The position numbers and the translations under genes were made by a program. From assembly GCA_963712275.1 (NCBI GenBank), contig CAVQHD010000001.1, positions 320,001-384,000 of the forward strand: 64,000 nt of DNA, in the 5' to 3' direction. This document shows, one piece after another, positions 59,896 to 64,000 of this stretch. Below the pieces are notes generated by a model. The model was not told where the DNA came from. It saw only the letters and a list, made by a program, of their open reading frames with translations, and did no database searches. The stretch's first letter is position 1; the number at the start of each line of letters is the position of its first letter. This DNA comes from an uncultured Rhabdochlamydiaceae bacterium. Its GTDB lineage: Bacteria; Chlamydiota; Chlamydiia; Chlamydiales; Rhabdochlamydiaceae.

Positions 59896-60357
59896 ATGAA
59901 ACCTGTTGATCGTCAAAAAATATGTTTAAATTGCGACGGAAAAATCCCCTATGATACCGTTCAGTGTCCCTACTGTTTTACTCAGCAGCAAACAGACTCG
60001 ACTGCGTCAAAGGTTTTTACCCCAGCTACATCCCCCCTCCCCAATCTTTACCCCCCTCCCTATTCTTCCCGCCTGAACCCCTCTGAAGATGTGAAAACAC
60101 CCCTTAAAACGGCAACGGCCATCCAAGGAAACGCCGACCAAGCCACTTCGACCGAATTAACCCCCACCTCTTTTTGGCCGATCTTGATGCTTACATTAGG
60201 AAGCAACCTGCTTACGCTAGGCATCTTACAGTTTTTCTTTTCAGACCATGGCCTACTACGCCTTGAAATGAACTCAAGCTATTGGTTTTTAATGGTTTTA
60301 GTTGGGATCCCCCTCATCTACCTTAGCCTTAAAAACCTTTCTAATTCTGATAAATAA
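59896..60357 (+). CDS. Conserved chlamydial hypothetical protein (CT556-like): N-terminal CxxC...CxxC and two C-terminal TM helices
   Basis: CLNC...CPYC, LYPPPY, two hydrophobic segments; divergent from lpdA-lipA; GGAG RBS before ATG 59896. Confidence 0.65.
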   Translation: MKPVDRQKICLNCDGKIPYDTVQCPYCFTQQQTDSTASKVFTPATSPLPNLYPPPYSSRLNPSEDVKTPLKTATAIQGNADQATSTELTPTSFWPILMLTLGSNLLTLGILQFFFSDHGLLRLEMNSSYWFLMVLVGIPLIYLSLKNLSNSDK

Positions 60358-60360
60358 ATC

Positions 60361-60389
60361 TTGTTAAATTAATATTTATTTGTTATAAT
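60361..60389 (+). promoter_or_regulatory. Sigma66/70-like promoter for the USP gene
   Basis: TTGTTA, 17 bp, TATAAT with TG extension, in AT-rich DNA. Confidence 0.5.
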
Positions 60390-60413
60390 AATTATTATAA
60401 CTAATAAAATATT

Positions 60414-61940
60414 ATGACAACAAATCAAGTAATTAACTTAAGTTTTTGCCCAAGTAGTACACCTGGCTTTAAACTTCTTTCCTCTTCTGTTAATCCTAGT
60501 CTTTCAGGCAAAGCCCAAGAGAAGGCCGGAGACTGTTTGAGCAAAATCATTGCTAAATTAAAAGCAACTAACACCCTAAAGCATGACCTAACAGGAACTT
60601 CTATAATCATGGGTTCTCTAGTTCCCATTACAGCAAGCACAGACTATGAATTAAAGTTAACGGTTGATGACAAGCCCCTGATGTCTTCTCAAAATGAGCC
60701 CCTTTCAATCAGGTTAAACGCCCAATTCGTCAAAACCCTCTCTGGACAACGTACCTCACCAGCTCATCCACCTGCAGCAGCACGGCCTCCTAAACAGCCA
60801 GTCAGTTCTAACGGTGGAGACAATCCGCCGCAGCTCCAGGTCTCACAACCCACTCCACCTATAGTAGCGCAACCTCCTAAACAGCAAGATAACCCTCCAC
60901 CCCGGCCTCAAACTCCACCACCTATTAAGCAACAACCCGTTAACAGGAATCCGGTAAGTCTCCCCCCTAGTGGAAACAATTCTCCTCAGCCTCAGCCCTC
61001 CAAAAAGCCCCCTACCTTTGGTTCCCTACTCAAGAGTATCTTTTCTCCTCCGCCACAACCCCAAGTTACCTTACCTCTTCAACAACCCCCTAGGGCTTCT
61101 TATGAAGGAGTTGTTCCTCTTGAGAATTTTGGTAACGACTGCTTTATGAATGCTACTTTTCAAGTCATTATGCACGATGAAGCTCTTCGAGAAGCGCTTG
61201 TAGAAATATTTAAACAAAACACATCCCCCACTCAAGCCCAGTTTCTCGAATATGTAGAAGCGTATAAGAATGGCGACTCGAATATTTCGACTTATCGTTT
61301 ACGTAGTTTCATGGATCCACGGAATCAGTATGGGCAACAAGATGCTAATGAATTTTTATTGAGACTGACAAATCAATTAGACCCTAAAGCTTATCCCCAT
61401 CTGTTTACACTGTGTACGACTGAGTATCAATGTGTTCGACAAGCTCCTTCTACGGACAACGAAGCTCCAAAGACCTACATGTCACAAGTTTCAGAAAACG
61501 AATTTCTCATCCCCTTGCAACTCCCGCGCTCAAGCAATAAGATCAACGGGCAGCACTTGATTGATACAGCTTTAAGCGAGAATGATCATGAAGGAGAATC
61601 TTTCAAGGAGTATGATACAACCTACAAGCCGACAAAAGCTCGTTTAAAAATTGAAGGAACGCCCAACCGCCTTGCCTTCCAACTCAAACGGTTCACAGGT
61701 ACAGGAAAAATTCAAAATACCGTTGATATGCCTGAATGCTTGCAAATTAACGACGAATACTACCAACTAAAATCTATCATCGTTCATTCAGGAACTACCA
61801 AATCGTCTGGTCACTACTACAGTGTCATTAACAAAGAAAGTGGATGGGTCAAGGCTAACGACTCTAGCATTACTCCCATCCAAGATATCTCTCACGAAAG
61901 GCAGAACGGCTACCTTTACTTCTACGAGAAACTCTCTTAG
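60414..61940 (+). CDS. Eukaryote-type ubiquitin-specific protease (USP/C19) with Pro-rich linker; candidate effector
   Basis: Cys box LENFGNDCFMNATFQ, QQDANEFL, QLKRF, His box IIVHSG...GHYYS...WVKANDS. Confidence 0.88.
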   Translation: MTTNQVINLSFCPSSTPGFKLLSSSVNPSLSGKAQEKAGDCLSKIIAKLKATNTLKHDLTGTSIIMGSLVPITASTDYELKLTVDDKPLMSSQNEPLSIRLNAQFVKTLSGQRTSPAHPPAAARPPKQPVSSNGGDNPPQLQVSQPTPPIVAQPPKQQDNPPPRPQTPPPIKQQPVNRNPVSLPPSGNNSPQPQPSKKPPTFGSLLKSIFSPPPQPQVTLPLQQPPRASYEGVVPLENFGNDCFMNATFQVIMHDEALREALVEIFKQNTSPTQAQFLEYVEAYKNGDSNISTYRLRSFMDPRNQYGQQDANEFLLRLTNQLDPKAYPHLFTLCTTEYQCVRQAPSTDNEAPKTYMSQVSENEFLIPLQLPRSSNKINGQHLIDTALSENDHEGESFKEYDTTYKPTKARLKIEGTPNRLAFQLKRFTGTGKIQNTVDMPECLQINDEYYQLKSIIVHSGTTKSSGHYYSVINKESGWVKANDSSITPIQDISHERQNGYLYFYEKLS

Positions 61941-64000
61941 CTCTCTTGATTTGTTTCAAACTCCGGCATCAGAGATAGATTTGTTCGGAAATTGAGCTCC
62001 GGGAGGGCCTCTTCTACGGCGGGGAGCTCTTTCTCTGGAGCATTTTTAGGGATCACCATCTGAAACTTAAAGAGAGCGTGAGCGATCTCGCTCTTCAAGT
62101 GTTCGCTGAGCGCATCAAAAAGCACAAATGCTTCATGTTTAAACTCAAGAAGAGGATCTTTTTGACCCACAGCCCGCAGATGAACCTCTGTTCTCAGGTG
62201 ATCAATTTGCAAAAGATGTTCTTGCCATTTCCGATCGATGCTTCGAATCAGAATACTCCGAACCACCTCTCGAAGGATTTCCTGCGCATTAAGAGTCTGA
62301 GATTCATCGGCAGATATTCTCTGCACTTTTTCAATGCCTTTTTGTTCGTGGGCAATTTTATGACGAAGCGCTTCCACAACCTTTTGAGACGCCCGATCCT
62401 CAATCTCTTGCACTGTGAGGTAATCGTTGTCAAATTCAGATGCATCAAATGTCATAGGGAAGTGAGTCATAAGCCACTCCCGAAATCCTTCAGGATTCCA
62501 CCCACCTTCGACTGAGCGGCTGATGAAAAATTTCTGCGCTTTTTGAAAACAGAGGCTCTCAACCACTTCTTCAGCGAGTTGAATGGGATGCGCATGGTGG
62601 AGCGCCTCGTTGCGGAACGTGTAGATTTCTGCGCGCTGTTTATTCATCACATCATCGTACTCAAGGGTATGCTTTCGCATTTGAGAATTCCGCTGCTCGA
62701 CCCTTTCTTGAGCCGTTGCAATCGATTTATTGAGCACCTTTGCAGAGATCGCCTCGCCTTCAGGAGGGCGGAACCGTTGCAGAAAAGAGGTAATCCGCGG
62801 AGAGAACCTCAAGAGAGCATCTTCAAAAGAGAGAAAAAACTTAGAACTCCCTGGATCTCCCTGACGAGCCGACCGGCCTCGAAGCTGCCGATCGATGCGC
62901 CTCGACTGGTGCCGCGTCGTTCCAATCACATGAAGCCCCCCAAGAGCTGCCACACCCTCCTGCAATTTGATATCGGTCCCTCGGCCTGCCATGTTGGTTG
63001 CAACAGTGATCGCCCCTCGCTGCCCTGCGAGCGCAATGATCTCCGCCTCTTTCGCATGATTTTTAGCATTCAAAACCGTATGCTCTAGCTTCCCTTGCCT
63101 CAAAATACGGGAGAGTTTTTCAGAAACATCAACCGATTCCGTTCCCATGAGAATCGGACGCCCTTGGCCATGCACCTGCTGAATCTCTTTTAGAATCGCG
63201 TGGTATTTCTCCCGCTCTGTCATATAGACTTCATCATCAGCATCTTTCCTCATACACGCTCGGTGCGTCGGTATCGCAAGTACATCGAGCTTATAGATCT
63301 CTTTAAATTCGTTTGCCTCTGTCATCGCAGTTCCAGTCATGCCGGCTAACTTGCCGTAAAGCCTAAAGTAGTTTTGGAGCGTAATCGTCGCATAAGTTTG
63401 CGTCTCCCCTTGGATCTCGACCCCTTCCTTAGCCTCTATCGCCTGGTGAAGCCCATCGGAAAAACGGCGTCCAGGCTGAGGGCGCCCTGTGTTCTCGTCA
63501 ATAATGACAATCTTCCCTTCAGCAATAATGTAATCGATATCTTTTTCCATCAAAAGGTGGGCCCTGAGAAGCTGCCTTAAATTATGGGCTTTTTCTTTCC
63601 GCTTGCTATCCTCTTCCTGAAGAGCCACTTTCTTTTGAAGCTTCTCCTGCTCCGTTATCGAGACATCTTGATCGACATTCAAATACTCGTACCCTAGGTC
63701 AAGCATCACAAAATCATCGATCGAATGCCCCATCTCAGCCCACAGATGAATCCCTTTATCTGTCAGCTCATATTCACTGCTCCGTTCGTCGACAATGATA
63801 TAAAGCTCTGCAAGAGTCTCAGCCCTCTCCTCTTTGTTTTGCTCGCCGTAATAGTAGACATCCCATGCATCGATCTCCACGCGCATTGCAGGATCTTCTT
63901 TAATTCGCTTCAGAATTTTATTGTGCGGCATCCCCTTCCCCACAAGCCACAACTTCCGAAACGCCTCTTTCACTTCAGCTTCTTCTGCCTTACCCAGTTT
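61937..64000 (-). CDS. secA: Preprotein translocase subunit SecA (5' end outside window)
   Basis: DENTGR, FSDGLHQAIEAKE, ATNMAGRGTDI, RRIDRQLRGRSARQGDPG, QKDPLLEFKHEAF; frame open to window end. Confidence 0.97.
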   Translation of the reverse strand, partial: KLGKAEEAEVKEAFRKLWLVGKGMPHNKILKRIKEDPAMRVEIDAWDVYYYGEQNKEERAETLAELYIIVDERSSEYELTDKGIHLWAEMGHSIDDFVMLDLGYEYLNVDQDVSITEQEKLQKKVALQEEDSKRKEKAHNLRQLLRAHLLMEKDIDYIIAEGKIVIIDENTGRPQPGRRFSDGLHQAIEAKEGVEIQGETQTYATITLQNYFRLYGKLAGMTGTAMTEANEFKEIYKLDVLAIPTHRACMRKDADDEVYMTEREKYHAILKEIQQVHGQGRPILMGTESVDVSEKLSRILRQGKLEHTVLNAKNHAKEAEIIALAGQRGAITVATNMAGRGTDIKLQEGVAALGGLHVIGTTRHQSRRIDRQLRGRSARQGDPGSSKFFLSFEDALLRFSPRITSFLQRFRPPEGEAISAKVLNKSIATAQERVEQRNSQMRKHTLEYDDVMNKQRAEIYTFRNEALHHAHPIQLAEEVVESLCFQKAQKFFISRSVEGGWNPEGFREWLMTHFPMTFDASEFDNDYLTVQEIEDRASQKVVEALRHKIAHEQKGIEKVQRISADESQTLNAQEILREVVRSILIRSIDRKWQEHLLQIDHLRTEVHLRAVGQKDPLLEFKHEAFVLFDALSEHLKSEIAHALFKFQMVIPKNAPEKELPAVEEALPELNFRTNLSLMPEFETNQES

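Overview
This window most likely comes from an environmental member of the Chlamydiota. The rpsL-rpsG-fusA-rpsJ cluster lacks tuf and sits next to tsp, and a CT556-like gene lies beside lpdA-lipA. Housekeeping genes include mnmE, ruvA, ruvC, an msrB-msrA fusion and part of secA. Accessory genes include a two-partner secretion pair (TpsB plus a 4769-aa TpsA), a YbhGFSR-type ABC exporter with an outer-membrane factor, two Opp-type binding proteins and several likely host-directed effectors (ubiquitin-like plus BTB protein, USP-type deubiquitinase, possible YopT-like protease). The non-coding DNA is the most unusual part. Several families of short palindromic MITE/RPE-like elements sit on stop codons, supply C-terminal codons, nest inside each other, and in two cases lie in frame inside signal peptides. 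There is also a 169-bp non-autonomous IS200/IS605-type element with a promoter and an omegaRNA-like scaffold. A promoter, a ~60-nt two-hairpin RNA and a terminator lie directly in front of a NYN ribonuclease gene, resembling an RNA-antitoxin layout. I saw no tRNA, rRNA or CRISPR array. All family assignments come from motif recognition by eye; no database searches were run.
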